In this document: positions 18,639 to 27,721 of the stretch, piece after piece | How positions within the stretch are numbered: position 1 is the first letter of the stretch | Layout: every line of letters starts with the position of its first letter | Origin: Bacteroidota bacterium | Lineage (GTDB): Bacteria; Bacteroidota; Bacteroidia; Chitinophagales; JADIYW01 | Direction: 5' to 3' | Assembly (NCBI GenBank): GCA_020436225.1 | Contig: JAGQYE010000070.1 | Location: 16,975 to 80,974 of the forward strand | DNA length: 64,000 nucleotides | Made by a program: the position numbers and the translations under genes | Notes under the pieces: model-generated | What the model saw: the letters and a program-made list of their open reading frames with translations, nothing else | The model's database searches: none | What the model was told of the DNA's origin: nothing

Positions 18639-20486
18639 ATGAACTATTTGAGTGTTGCTCAGCTGACAAAATATTACGGTGATAAATGTTTATTCGAGAA
18701 TATTACTTTTTTTATAGATAAAGGACAAAAAGTTGCTTTCATTGCAAAAAATGGAAGTGGAAAATCTTCATTGATAAAAATCTTACAAGGCAAAGAACCA
18801 CCAGAAAGTGGCGACTATAAATTTCATAAAGATATCAAAGTTGGATTCTTGGTGCAAGAACCTGTTTTTGAAGCAGAAAAAACGGTTTATGAAACTATTA
18901 TGAACGCCGAACATCCAATATTAAAAGCGAGTTTGGATTATGAACATGCTTTGGCAGGAATTGGAAATCTTCAAGCTGCAATGGATAAAATGGATGCGTT
19001 AAATGCTTGGGATTACGAGCAACAAATGAAGTTGATCTTGTCAAAATTTTTAATCACTGATTTAGAACAAAAAGTGGGAACGATGTCGGGCGGGCAACAA
19101 AAGCGATTAGCACTTTCCATTCTATTGTTGCAACAACCGGATTTATTGATTTTAGATGAGCCAACCAACCATTTGGATATGGATATGATAGAATGGTTGG
19201 AAGATTATTTGTCAAAGAATAATTGCACTTTGTTTATGATTACGCACGACCGCTATTTCTTAGAAAATATCTGTACAGAAATTTTGGAATTGGATAATGG
19301 CATTTTATATAAGCATAAAGGAAATTATTCGGCATATCTTCAAAATAAAGAATTACGCGAAGAAAATTTAAGAGCCAACATCGCACGCGCACAAAATACT
19401 TTTCGCAAGGAATTGGAATGGATGCGCAGACAACCTAAAGCACGCACGACAAAAGCCCAATCGCGAATTGACAATTTTGAAAATGTGAAATCGGCAGCTA
19501 CACAAAAAGTAGATGATAAGAAAATTGCAATTGAAATAAAAATGCAACGCTTAGGCGGAAAAATTTTAGAGTTACACAACATCGACAAAAAATATGGAAA
19601 TAAAATTTTGTTAGATAAGTTTACCTACAAATTTCAACGAGGCGAACGCATTGGAATTGTTGGAAGAAATGGTTGCGGAAAATCTACTTTGCTAAATATC
19701 ATTATGGGCGAAGAGCAATATGATAATGGAAATTTGGTGTTAGGCGAAACGGTTGTTTTTGGTTATTACAACCAAAAAGGATTGCAATTAAAATCAGATA
19801 AAAAAGTGTTGGATGTCATTAAAGATATTGCTGAGTTTTTGCCAATAGGAAAAGGCACATTATCGGCATCACAATTATTAGAACGTTTTTTATTTCCACC
19901 GGCACAACAGCATAATTTTGTTTCTACTTTGAGTGGCGGCGAGCGAAGACGCTTGTATTTATTGACAATTCTGATGAAAAATCCGAATTTTTTAATTTTA
20001 GATGAGCCAACCAACGATTTAGATATTTTGAGTTTGCAAGTGTTGGAAGATTTTTTATCGGAATATAAAGGTTGCTTATTGATAGTTAGTCACGATAGAT
20101 ATTTCTTGGATAAATTAACCGACCAACTTTTTGTTTTTGAAGGAAACGGGAAAATTCAAGTGTTTTTGGGAAATCACAATGAATATCGATTAGAACAGAA
20201 AGAAATTCTTAAACAACAAAAAGCAGAAGAAAAGCAACAACAATCTCAGCAAACAAAACGTCAAGAAGTACCTAAGAAAAAATTATCGTTCAAAGAGCAA
20301 AATGAATTTAAGAATTTAGAAAAAGAGATAGATGCATTGATTGCTGAACAAAAACAATTGACAGAGCAACTGCAAGGTATTACCAATCATCAAGAAATTC
20401 AAACAATAAGCGAACGTATCGCTGAAATTATACAACAATTAAATGATAAAGAATTGCGTTGGTTAGAGTTAAGTGAATTTATGTAA
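18639..20486 (+). CDS. ABC-F family ATPase (two ABC domains, C-terminal coiled coil)
   Basis: Two Walker A sites (KNGSGKSS, GRNGCGKST). Two signature motifs (MSGGQQKRL, LSGGERRRL). Lys/Glu/Gln-rich C-terminal tail and no TM domain. Confidence 0.9.
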   Translation: MNYLSVAQLTKYYGDKCLFENITFFIDKGQKVAFIAKNGSGKSSLIKILQGKEPPESGDYKFHKDIKVGFLVQEPVFEAEKTVYETIMNAEHPILKASLDYEHALAGIGNLQAAMDKMDALNAWDYEQQMKLILSKFLITDLEQKVGTMSGGQQKRLALSILLLQQPDLLILDEPTNHLDMDMIEWLEDYLSKNNCTLFMITHDRYFLENICTEILELDNGILYKHKGNYSAYLQNKELREENLRANIARAQNTFRKELEWMRRQPKARTTKAQSRIDNFENVKSAATQKVDDKKIAIEIKMQRLGGKILELHNIDKKYGNKILLDKFTYKFQRGERIGIVGRNGCGKSTLLNIIMGEEQYDNGNLVLGETVVFGYYNQKGLQLKSDKKVLDVIKDIAEFLPIGKGTLSASQLLERFLFPPAQQHNFVSTLSGGERRRLYLLTILMKNPNFLILDEPTNDLDILSLQVLEDFLSEYKGCLLIVSHDRYFLDKLTDQLFVFEGNGKIQVFLGNHNEYRLEQKEILKQQKAEEKQQQSQQTKRQEVPKKKLSFKEQNEFKNLEKEIDALIAEQKQLTEQLQGITNHQEIQTISERIAEIIQQLNDKELRWLELSEFM

Positions 20487-20496
20487 ATAGCAATAT

Positions 20497-21852
20497 TTAG
20501 ATCCAACCTTTTGCTTTAAACTCCAAGTATTTATTGATAGTTTGAGTAGATAAGTCTTCCGGCGCAGTCAACACAGATTGAATACTATATTTGGCTAATT
20601 CTTTCACCATCATTTCTTTTTCGTATAAAAATTTCTTGCCAATAGTTTTGTGGTAAATGTCTAAAGTATCTATCGCCGATTCGTAACTGTATTTTTCAAT
20701 CTCAATATTTTTAAAAAGAACAACTAATAAAAGATGTGAACGATTCAATTTTCTAAAAATTGGAAGATAGCGTTCCATCGTATAATAGCTTTCAAAGTTG
20801 GTAAATAAGATTAACAAGCTACGTTGTTTTATTTGCTTTGAAACGAATGAAAATAAGGCTTCATAATTGGCTTCAAAGTTACTTTCAGTTTCTTTATACA
20901 AAGTTTCTGAAATCAGTTTTAGTTGCTTTGGAATTTTAGTTGCTTTTACAATGCTTCCAATTTTTTCATTAAATGTGATGATGCCAACTTTATCGTCTTT
21001 TCGCAACGCTGTATTGGAAATAACTAAAGTAGAATTGACTGCATAATCCAATAAACTCAAGCCATTAAATGGCATATTCATTGCGCGACTTTTATCTAAA
21101 ATGGCATATACTTGTTGAGATTTTTCATCTCCAAATTGATTAATCATCAATTGATTTCTTCTGCCGGTTGCTTTCCAATTAATACTTCTGATATCATCGC
21201 CAATTGTATAATTTTTTATTTGTTCAAACTCATAACTATGTCCAATTTTGCGCATTTTTTTCATACCTTGAAAACTATGCAATTTATTGAATAATAGAAG
21301 TTCGTGTTTTTTTACTTGAATGCTTGATGGATAAACCGGCGTATTTTCAGGAATTCGAAATACTATTTTATGTTGGATAATTCCCAAAAATGTGTTGACG
21401 AAAATATTGCAATTTCCGAATTGATATGCTCCACGAGTTTGTGGTAAAACAGAATAGGTGATACTTCTTTCGGAGTTGGTTTCTAAGTGGAATTTGAATG
21501 AAAAATTTCTATTTTGAAATTCTTTAGGAAGCTCATCAATCACTTCAATAAATACAGATTTGTTACTTGTATTTTTTATTTGTAGTTGAATATTTTGTTC
21601 ATCGCCTAAAGCTAAAACTGAAGGTGTAATTCGCTTGCAATTAATTTTTTCTTCGTAAGTGTTGACTAAAAATAAATCAATTAATGTAATTAGTAGTACA
21701 CAGACTAAAATAGTTTTTGCTATTGCAAATAGAAAGGAAAAACTAAAAATTAAAACAAAAATACAAATGGAAAACGCACATAAATAAAAGAAACTTCGCG
21801 TAAGGAAAGAGTGCAAAAAATAACGTTCGTATGCTTGTTTTAGAAAGTTCAT
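20497..21852 (-). CDS. DUF58 domain protein (vWA-like), membrane anchored
   Basis: Two N-terminal TM helices, then the DUF58 core (YEFEQIKNYTIGDDIRSINWKATGR). Located immediately downstream of the MoxR ATPase, as in other MoxR-DUF58 pairs. Confidence 0.8.
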   Translation of the reverse strand: MNFLKQAYERYFLHSFLTRSFFYLCAFSICIFVLIFSFSFLFAIAKTILVCVLLITLIDLFLVNTYEEKINCKRITPSVLALGDEQNIQLQIKNTSNKSVFIEVIDELPKEFQNRNFSFKFHLETNSERSITYSVLPQTRGAYQFGNCNIFVNTFLGIIQHKIVFRIPENTPVYPSSIQVKKHELLLFNKLHSFQGMKKMRKIGHSYEFEQIKNYTIGDDIRSINWKATGRRNQLMINQFGDEKSQQVYAILDKSRAMNMPFNGLSLLDYAVNSTLVISNTALRKDDKVGIITFNEKIGSIVKATKIPKQLKLISETLYKETESNFEANYEALFSFVSKQIKQRSLLILFTNFESYYTMERYLPIFRKLNRSHLLLVVLFKNIEIEKYSYESAIDTLDIYHKTIGKKFLYEKEMMVKELAKYSIQSVLTAPEDLSTQTINKYLEFKAKGWI

Positions 21853-21872
21853 TTTTGAGTTGTTCGTTTAAA

Positions 21873-22847
21873 TTATCTTGGAACTTCTACCTTTTGAATA
21901 ATATCTTTAATAATGTCTTGTACTGTAACACCTTCCATTTCTCTTTCCGGAGATGGAATTATTCTATGATTTAAAACGGCAGCAGAAACTGCACGAACAT
22001 CATCCGGCGTAACAAAGTTTCTTCCTGAAAGTGCTGCCATGGCTTTGCTTGCTTTTAATAATGATAGAGAAGCACGTGGCGAAGCACCAAGAAACAAATC
22101 ACCGTTGTGTCGTGTTTCATAAACCAACTGTGCGATGTAATTTATAATATCATCTTTAATAAAAATTTGCTCAATAATTTCACTACATTTTTTGATGTCT
22201 TCAGCTGAAACTACTGCGTTTACTGTGTTTGCAACTGTTGTATTAAAATCATTATTGAAACGAAGTAGTATTTCTTTTTCTTCTTCTAAATTTGGATATT
22301 CTAAGATGATTTTAAAAAGAAATCTGTCTAATTGCGCTTCCGGTAGGCGATAGGTTCCTTCTTGTTCTATGGGATTTTGTGTAGCCATCACCATAAAAGG
22401 AAAAGACATCGGATAAGTAGTACCATCAACAGAAATTTGTTTTTCTTCCATCAATTCAAATAAGGCAGCTTGCGTTTTTGCCGGCGAGCGATTGATTTCA
22501 TCAATGAGGATGATATTAGAAAAAACAGGACCTTGTTTAAATTGAAATTCTGATGTTTTTAAATTAAAAATAGAAGTTCCAACTATATCTGTTGGCATTA
22601 AATCCGGTGTAAACTGTATTCTTGAAAAATCGACAGCAATTGCTTTTGACAACATCTTAGCCGTGAGTGTTTTGGCAATTCCCGGAACGCCTTCTAATAA
22701 TACATGTCCACCAATAAATAAAGAGGCAAGCATTAAATCAATAGTATTTTCTTGCCCAATGATGACTTTTGCCATTTCTGCTTTAATTTTCTCAGCAATG
22801 GTGGTAACAAATTGTGCTTCTTGGTTTTTGTCTGTAATTTCTTCCAT
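21873..22847 (-). CDS. MoxR-family AAA+ ATPase
   Basis: Walker A GVPGIAKT, Walker B ILIDEINR, ATQNPIEQEGTYRLPEAQLDRF, and a length of 324 aa. Confidence 0.92.
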   Translation of the reverse strand: MEEITDKNQEAQFVTTIAEKIKAEMAKVIIGQENTIDLMLASLFIGGHVLLEGVPGIAKTLTAKMLSKAIAVDFSRIQFTPDLMPTDIVGTSIFNLKTSEFQFKQGPVFSNIILIDEINRSPAKTQAALFELMEEKQISVDGTTYPMSFPFMVMATQNPIEQEGTYRLPEAQLDRFLFKIILEYPNLEEEKEILLRFNNDFNTTVANTVNAVVSAEDIKKCSEIIEQIFIKDDIINYIAQLVYETRHNGDLFLGASPRASLSLLKASKAMAALSGRNFVTPDDVRAVSAAVLNHRIIPSPEREMEGVTVQDIIKDIIQKVEVPR

Positions 22848-22852
22848 AATTT

Positions 22853-24172
22853 TTATTTACTATTTCTATAAAAATATTCTAATTGTTGATTTATACGTTG
22901 TAATTGAGTTGCATTGATAGGTTTTGCTTGTTCAATTAAATTAAATGTATTAAAAAGCTGACTAATTTTTTCTGTTTCAATTCCTGATTTTAATGAAAGT
23001 GTTTGCAAGAATGTGTCATCTTGCTCATTCGTTTTTAGATGATATTTTTTTCGAATGTAATTTAAAAATTGTAAACGCATTTCATTTGCAATTTCTAAAT
23101 GTTCATTTTCACGATAGTACAATTGTCCAATAGTTTCTACATATTTGAGTGAATTATTTTGTTTTGGTTCAATAATCGGAATAATATTTTGTCGGCGTTT
23201 TGCATGAAAAATGATATAGATTATTATACCTAAGATAGTTAGATACCAAGCCCAACGCAATGCAGCATTGTTGAGAATAAAATACAATGGTGATTCGCCA
23301 AAAGAGCTTTCTCCACGCATACTTCGTGTATCATCATAAGGAATATAAATATGAGAAACATTATCCCAAATGCTTGTTTGATTAGGCAAATAGGCAAGCA
23401 ATTTTTCAGCATATTCCAAGCCTTTTGGTGTACGCATGAAGTAATTTGTAAATGGCAAAACAGATGTAGATACAATGAATTGACCTTTTCCATGTTTGAG
23501 TAAAACAACATTATTTTGCTGTTGATAAGAGTCTTCTGTACCTATATAGCTAAGTGCATCTTCCTCATCCATAGGCTTTGAGATAAATGAATCAACTTGC
23601 GCAAAACAATAATTAAAATAGGTTACGGTATCTTTATCGTCTTTTTTAAAATAAATATAACCGGATTTGTCTTTAAAGTTCGGTTGTGTGAAATTAAAGG
23701 TAGTATATGATTTTTCTTTATAGTTGATATCTTCATTTTTTCTGTTGAAGCTAGCATTGCTGGATATAAACTCAATATGATATTTATTGATTAATACCAT
23801 TTCATTGAAAATTCCATACAAACTTTCTGAGCAAATAAAAGCAGTGTTTCCATTTTCAACAAAAGTTAGAAGTGCATTCATTTTCGCAGAATCCCAATAA
23901 GGCTGGTAATTGAAGAAGAAATAATTATAGTGTTTATTGCTATCTAAACTTCGGAAAGTTCGTTCTAAGGAATCTGTAATTTCAATAAATCCGGTTGACT
24001 TATTTTTATTTTTTATTAACTCATAAGTAAGGTAAGTGCCATAAGCTTGTTTGTTTGTTTGTTTTAAATTATAAACCCACTCGTCGCTCGGTTGCTTAGA
24101 AAAATAATAAACCACAAAAATCAGAATTCCGATTATAGCAACAAGTTGATATGTATTTCTTTTGTCTTGCAC
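22853..24172 (-). CDS. DUF4350-like membrane-anchored protein
   Basis: N-terminal TM helix, a large extracytoplasmic part, a second TM helix (WAWYLTILGIIIYIIF), and a C-terminal helical tail. The GTG start overlaps the upstream stop (TAGTG). The family assignment is from memory of this conserved gene neighbourhood. Confidence 0.6.
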   Translation of the reverse strand: MQDKRNTYQLVAIIGILIFVVYYFSKQPSDEWVYNLKQTNKQAYGTYLTYELIKNKNKSTGFIEITDSLERTFRSLDSNKHYNYFFFNYQPYWDSAKMNALLTFVENGNTAFICSESLYGIFNEMVLINKYHIEFISSNASFNRKNEDINYKEKSYTTFNFTQPNFKDKSGYIYFKKDDKDTVTYFNYCFAQVDSFISKPMDEEDALSYIGTEDSYQQQNNVVLLKHGKGQFIVSTSVLPFTNYFMRTPKGLEYAEKLLAYLPNQTSIWDNVSHIYIPYDDTRSMRGESSFGESPLYFILNNAALRWAWYLTILGIIIYIIFHAKRRQNIIPIIEPKQNNSLKYVETIGQLYYRENEHLEIANEMRLQFLNYIRKKYHLKTNEQDDTFLQTLSLKSGIETEKISQLFNTFNLIEQAKPINATQLQRINQQLEYFYRNSK

Positions 24173-24903
24173 TATTTTATATTTTGTAGATAATTCACAA
24201 ATATTGGATTGATATTGTCGTATTGTTTTTCGCTAATATTTTCTTTTCCGAACCAACATTGTTCATATAAGAAAGTCAACTGTTTTAAGGTCGGAAATGT
24301 TGCGTCTTGTCGCATTTCTTTTAAATAATGTTGATTGGTTTTATATTTTTTCCAAATAATTTTTTCTTTATAAGCAAGCTTCTGAATAATCATCAAATAA
24401 TATAAACGAATAGCCAATTTATATTGCTTGGATTTAATAGCTTCATGTAGATGTGGGTCGATGTTGGCTTTATCTAAGTTATCTTCCAATTCATCTAAAG
24501 CAACATTTATTTTATCAGCATTTTTATTCTTTTTAAAAGGATTAAATCCGATGGTTTTATAAATAAAATAGATTAATAACAAGAATAGAATTCCGAATAA
24601 AATCCATTGTATTAATTTTTTGTATTCTTTTGGAATTTTATTTATCCAATTTGAATATTTACTTTCTTTTTTTATTTCTTTTTTTTCTTCTTTTTTTATT
24701 GGTGTATAATCTTCTATTTGTAAGTTATTTTTTAAAGTTTCCCATTCTTTCTTATCGAAAGTATTAGGTTTTTCAGGATGTTGAATAATAGTAGGATGTT
24801 CAATAGTATTAGTTGCTTCATAATTCAATGAATCTTTTGCGTTACCAATAAAATATAACGAAAACAAGCAAAAACCAATCACTATTTTATTTTTTTTAAA
24901 CAT
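24172..24903 (-). CDS. DUF4129-like membrane-anchored protein
   Basis: Signal/anchor sequence, a Lys/Glu-rich linker, a TM helix (LIQWILFGILFLLLIYFIY), and a C-terminal helical domain ending ...LTFLYEQCWFGKENISEKQY, typical of DUF4129. Confidence 0.6.
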   Translation of the reverse strand: MFKKNKIVIGFCLFSLYFIGNAKDSLNYEATNTIEHPTIIQHPEKPNTFDKKEWETLKNNLQIEDYTPIKKEEKKEIKKESKYSNWINKIPKEYKKLIQWILFGILFLLLIYFIYKTIGFNPFKKNKNADKINVALDELEDNLDKANIDPHLHEAIKSKQYKLAIRLYYLMIIQKLAYKEKIIWKKYKTNQHYLKEMRQDATFPTLKQLTFLYEQCWFGKENISEKQYDNINPIFVNYLQNIK

Positions 24904-26746
24904 GTTTTTTCTTCATTCCAATTTTATCAAGTTGTTGGATTAAGCCTTCCGCGCTGTGCTTTTCTTTTTGTGAAAAATAAAATACACCTTGAAATAAACA
25001 TAAAAATAAAATGACGACACTAATCATAAAAGTGTTGATGAGCATAAAGTAAATGATATAAAATGTGTCGCTGTCAGCAACTTTGTCGCTTAGGTTCATT
25101 GTTATGGTTTCAAAAACTATTGTTTCCACGAAGTTCATGCTTATTAAAAAATAAATGCCTGAGAAAAATATCAGAAAAACAATGTTGACGACAAATAAAT
25201 TCATCACGCCGGATTTTAATGTGGTAAAGAAAGTGGAAAGTACGTTTCTTTTTTCAGTATATGGAAATAGAAAAATAAATGTCGATATATATTGAATCGG
25301 GAAAATAAATAACATGGTATTAAAGTCCAAATGGAATGATAAAATCCAAGCATAAAATATAACTTGACAAATCATTATAAAAATAATTGACTTCCAATTT
25401 TGCAAACCCCATTTGAAAAATGAGATTGGATTATTTTTTTGTTGGGCAGAAAATTCAATGTAAAAAATATATCCAACTAATAAAGATAAAAAGGTAAAGA
25501 AAAACGGAAAAATAAAGATTAACCGATTGCCTCCGATATCTAAAATATAATTTTCTAAATTACTGAATGAACCGTTTTGTAAATAGATTTTATCTAATAA
25601 ATAAATTTTATTAAAAACAAAACCTAACACACTTACCACTAATGTTATCTTGATGCAACTGCCAATAAAAAAGCCCATATATTTCCTAAAAAGTCGAAAA
25701 GTATCAACAATAATTTCAGATACTTTTTTTATTTTATAAAATTTGAAATCAGGAAAATTTTCAGGTAAAACTTTTTCAGCTTCTTGTAAACGCAACGTTC
25801 CTCGACGTTTTTTTATCCAAGGTAAATACACATAATAGCCTAAAATAAAAGCCAGCGATGCTAAGATTAATCCCAAGCGAAATAGGTTGGGTGCTTGCGT
25901 ATAGCGCGTTAAAAAAGATTCGATAACAGCGGCAATTATTGTAATTGGTAAAATAGATAAAAATATTTTTGTGGCTCGTTGTGCAGAGCTTAGAAACGAT
26001 TGCATTCTGCTGTAAGTTCCTGGAAATACAATACCATTTCCAAGCACAATTCCCGCAGCTCCACAAATAATCATAGCCGATATTTCTAAAGTGCCATGCA
26101 ACCAAACTGCTAAAAATGATTCCCAAAATAATCCGCGAATGATGAAGTAATATTGGAAAGCTGCCAACATCAAACCATTCCGAATTAAAACAAAAATACT
26201 TCCAATGCCTAAAATTATGCCCGAAAAAAAGGTCAGTACATCAACTTGTAAATTGTTTAATACAATTTGAACAAACATATCTACAGGGTTGCTGTCTTTA
26301 TAAACAGCCATTGGGTCGTTCTTGGCAATATTTTCTGCTGTCATTTGTAAATAACTGCTGCCTAACATTTTTTTTGCGAAGGTTGGGTCGTGCCTATAGG
26401 TCAAAATTCCGATGGAGATAGAAACTATTAAAATAAGAAACGAAACAAGCAATTCTTTTCGATGAAGATACATTATAGAAGGTACGTCTTCCAACCAAAA
26501 ATCACGGAAGAATGATTTCTTTTTCTTGTTTCCAGAAAATATTTTATGAAAAATATGTTGAGCCAAATTGTTCAAATAAACACGAACAGAACGATTCCCA
26601 TAGAATGTTCGTGCGTATGATAAGTCATCAGTAAGTTGAATAAAAAGTTTGCTGTATAAATTTGAATCTTTCTGTTTATTTTGAGATAAGCTTTCAAAAT
26701 CTGACCATTTTTGTTTGTTTTGTTCTATGAATTTTGTTTCTTTCAT
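24896..26746 (-). CDS. SpoIIM/DUF95-like polytopic membrane protein with an extra C-terminal polytopic half (616 aa)
   Basis: N-terminal FIEQNKQKWSDFESL... followed by the SpoIIM-like TM core. Residues from about 330 to 616 add further hydrophobic helices. The stop overlaps the next start by 8 nt. Confidence 0.6.
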   Translation of the reverse strand: MKETKFIEQNKQKWSDFESLSQNKQKDSNLYSKLFIQLTDDLSYARTFYGNRSVRVYLNNLAQHIFHKIFSGNKKKKSFFRDFWLEDVPSIMYLHRKELLVSFLILIVSISIGILTYRHDPTFAKKMLGSSYLQMTAENIAKNDPMAVYKDSNPVDMFVQIVLNNLQVDVLTFFSGIILGIGSIFVLIRNGLMLAAFQYYFIIRGLFWESFLAVWLHGTLEISAMIICGAAGIVLGNGIVFPGTYSRMQSFLSSAQRATKIFLSILPITIIAAVIESFLTRYTQAPNLFRLGLILASLAFILGYYVYLPWIKKRRGTLRLQEAEKVLPENFPDFKFYKIKKVSEIIVDTFRLFRKYMGFFIGSCIKITLVVSVLGFVFNKIYLLDKIYLQNGSFSNLENYILDIGGNRLIFIFPFFFTFLSLLVGYIFYIEFSAQQKNNPISFFKWGLQNWKSIIFIMICQVIFYAWILSFHLDFNTMLFIFPIQYISTFIFLFPYTEKRNVLSTFFTTLKSGVMNLFVVNIVFLIFFSGIYFLISMNFVETIVFETITMNLSDKVADSDTFYIIYFMLINTFMISVVILFLCLFQGVFYFSQKEKHSAEGLIQQLDKIGMKKKHV

Positions 26747-26824
26747 GGATAAACTAAAATACTATAAATCTCGAATTATAGTTATTTTTTGCTAAGAATA
26801 TTTTAATTTGTTTAAACCTGATTT

Positions 26825-27559
26825 GTGCCGAAGATAGAAGTTAATACCACACAGAATGTCAGTATCGAATATGAAACTGCCGGTTTTCTATGGCGATTTG
26901 TTGCTTGGATGTTAGATACAGCTTTAATTTCTGTTGTATATATTCTGTGTTATTATTTTTTTCTAAATAGAATTTCCAATATACCGAAAGATTTCTTGTT
27001 ATATCTCAATATTATAATTTATATTCTTTTGAATATTTTTTATTCTTTATTTATTGAAATATGGACAAATGGACAAAGTATAGGTAAAAAAATTGTAGGA
27101 ATTGTTGTAATAAAGTTGAACGGAAATGCATTGGAAATTTATGATTACATTATTCGTTGGGCTTATCGTGTTATTGATTTTGGATTTACTTTTTATTCTT
27201 TAGGTACAATCTCCATTTTAATGAGTGAGAAAAATCAGCGATTTGGAGATATGATAGCCAATACAACTGTTGTAAAATTAAGACAAAGCAATATTGTTAC
27301 TTTAGAAGATTTGGAGAATTTACCTGATAAAGATGACTATCAACCTAAGTACCCAAAAGTTGTCTTATATTCTGATGATGAAATGTTGACTATAAAAAAT
27401 TTATTGACTCGGTATCAACAAAACCCGAATCAAAAATATGAAAACCTAATTAACCAAACAGCTAAACGTTTACAAACTCAAATGGAGTTACCACCAACTT
27501 CAAATAATCTTACTTTTCTTCGAGAAGTAATTCATGAATATGTGATTCTTTCCAGATAA
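26825..27559 (+). CDS. RDD family membrane protein
   Basis: GTG start. FLWRFVAWMLDTALI... and GQSIGKKIVGIVVI match the RDD domain pattern. Transcribed divergently from the MoxR operon. Confidence 0.7.
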   Translation: MPKIEVNTTQNVSIEYETAGFLWRFVAWMLDTALISVVYILCYYFFLNRISNIPKDFLLYLNIIIYILLNIFYSLFIEIWTNGQSIGKKIVGIVVIKLNGNALEIYDYIIRWAYRVIDFGFTFYSLGTISILMSEKNQRFGDMIANTTVVKLRQSNIVTLEDLENLPDKDDYQPKYPKVVLYSDDEMLTIKNLLTRYQQNPNQKYENLINQTAKRLQTQMELPPTSNNLTFLREVIHEYVILSR

Positions 27560-27721
27560 TTTACATTTTATATACAATACATTTCATATATTGATATATC
27601 TAATGAGTTATAAACCTATATTGAAAAAATTTGTTGACTAATGTCAAATCTAATTAATGAGCAAAGGCTTAATTTTAATGTAGAATAATCAATATTTTTT
27701 CTTTTAAAACTATCATAAGTT

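Noticed and set aside
23239-26126. Alternative-frame minus-strand ORFs 23239-23511 and 25776-26126
   Set aside because: Both are embedded out of frame within the longer DUF4350-like and SpoIIM-like genes. The longer frames have coherent TM and domain architecture.
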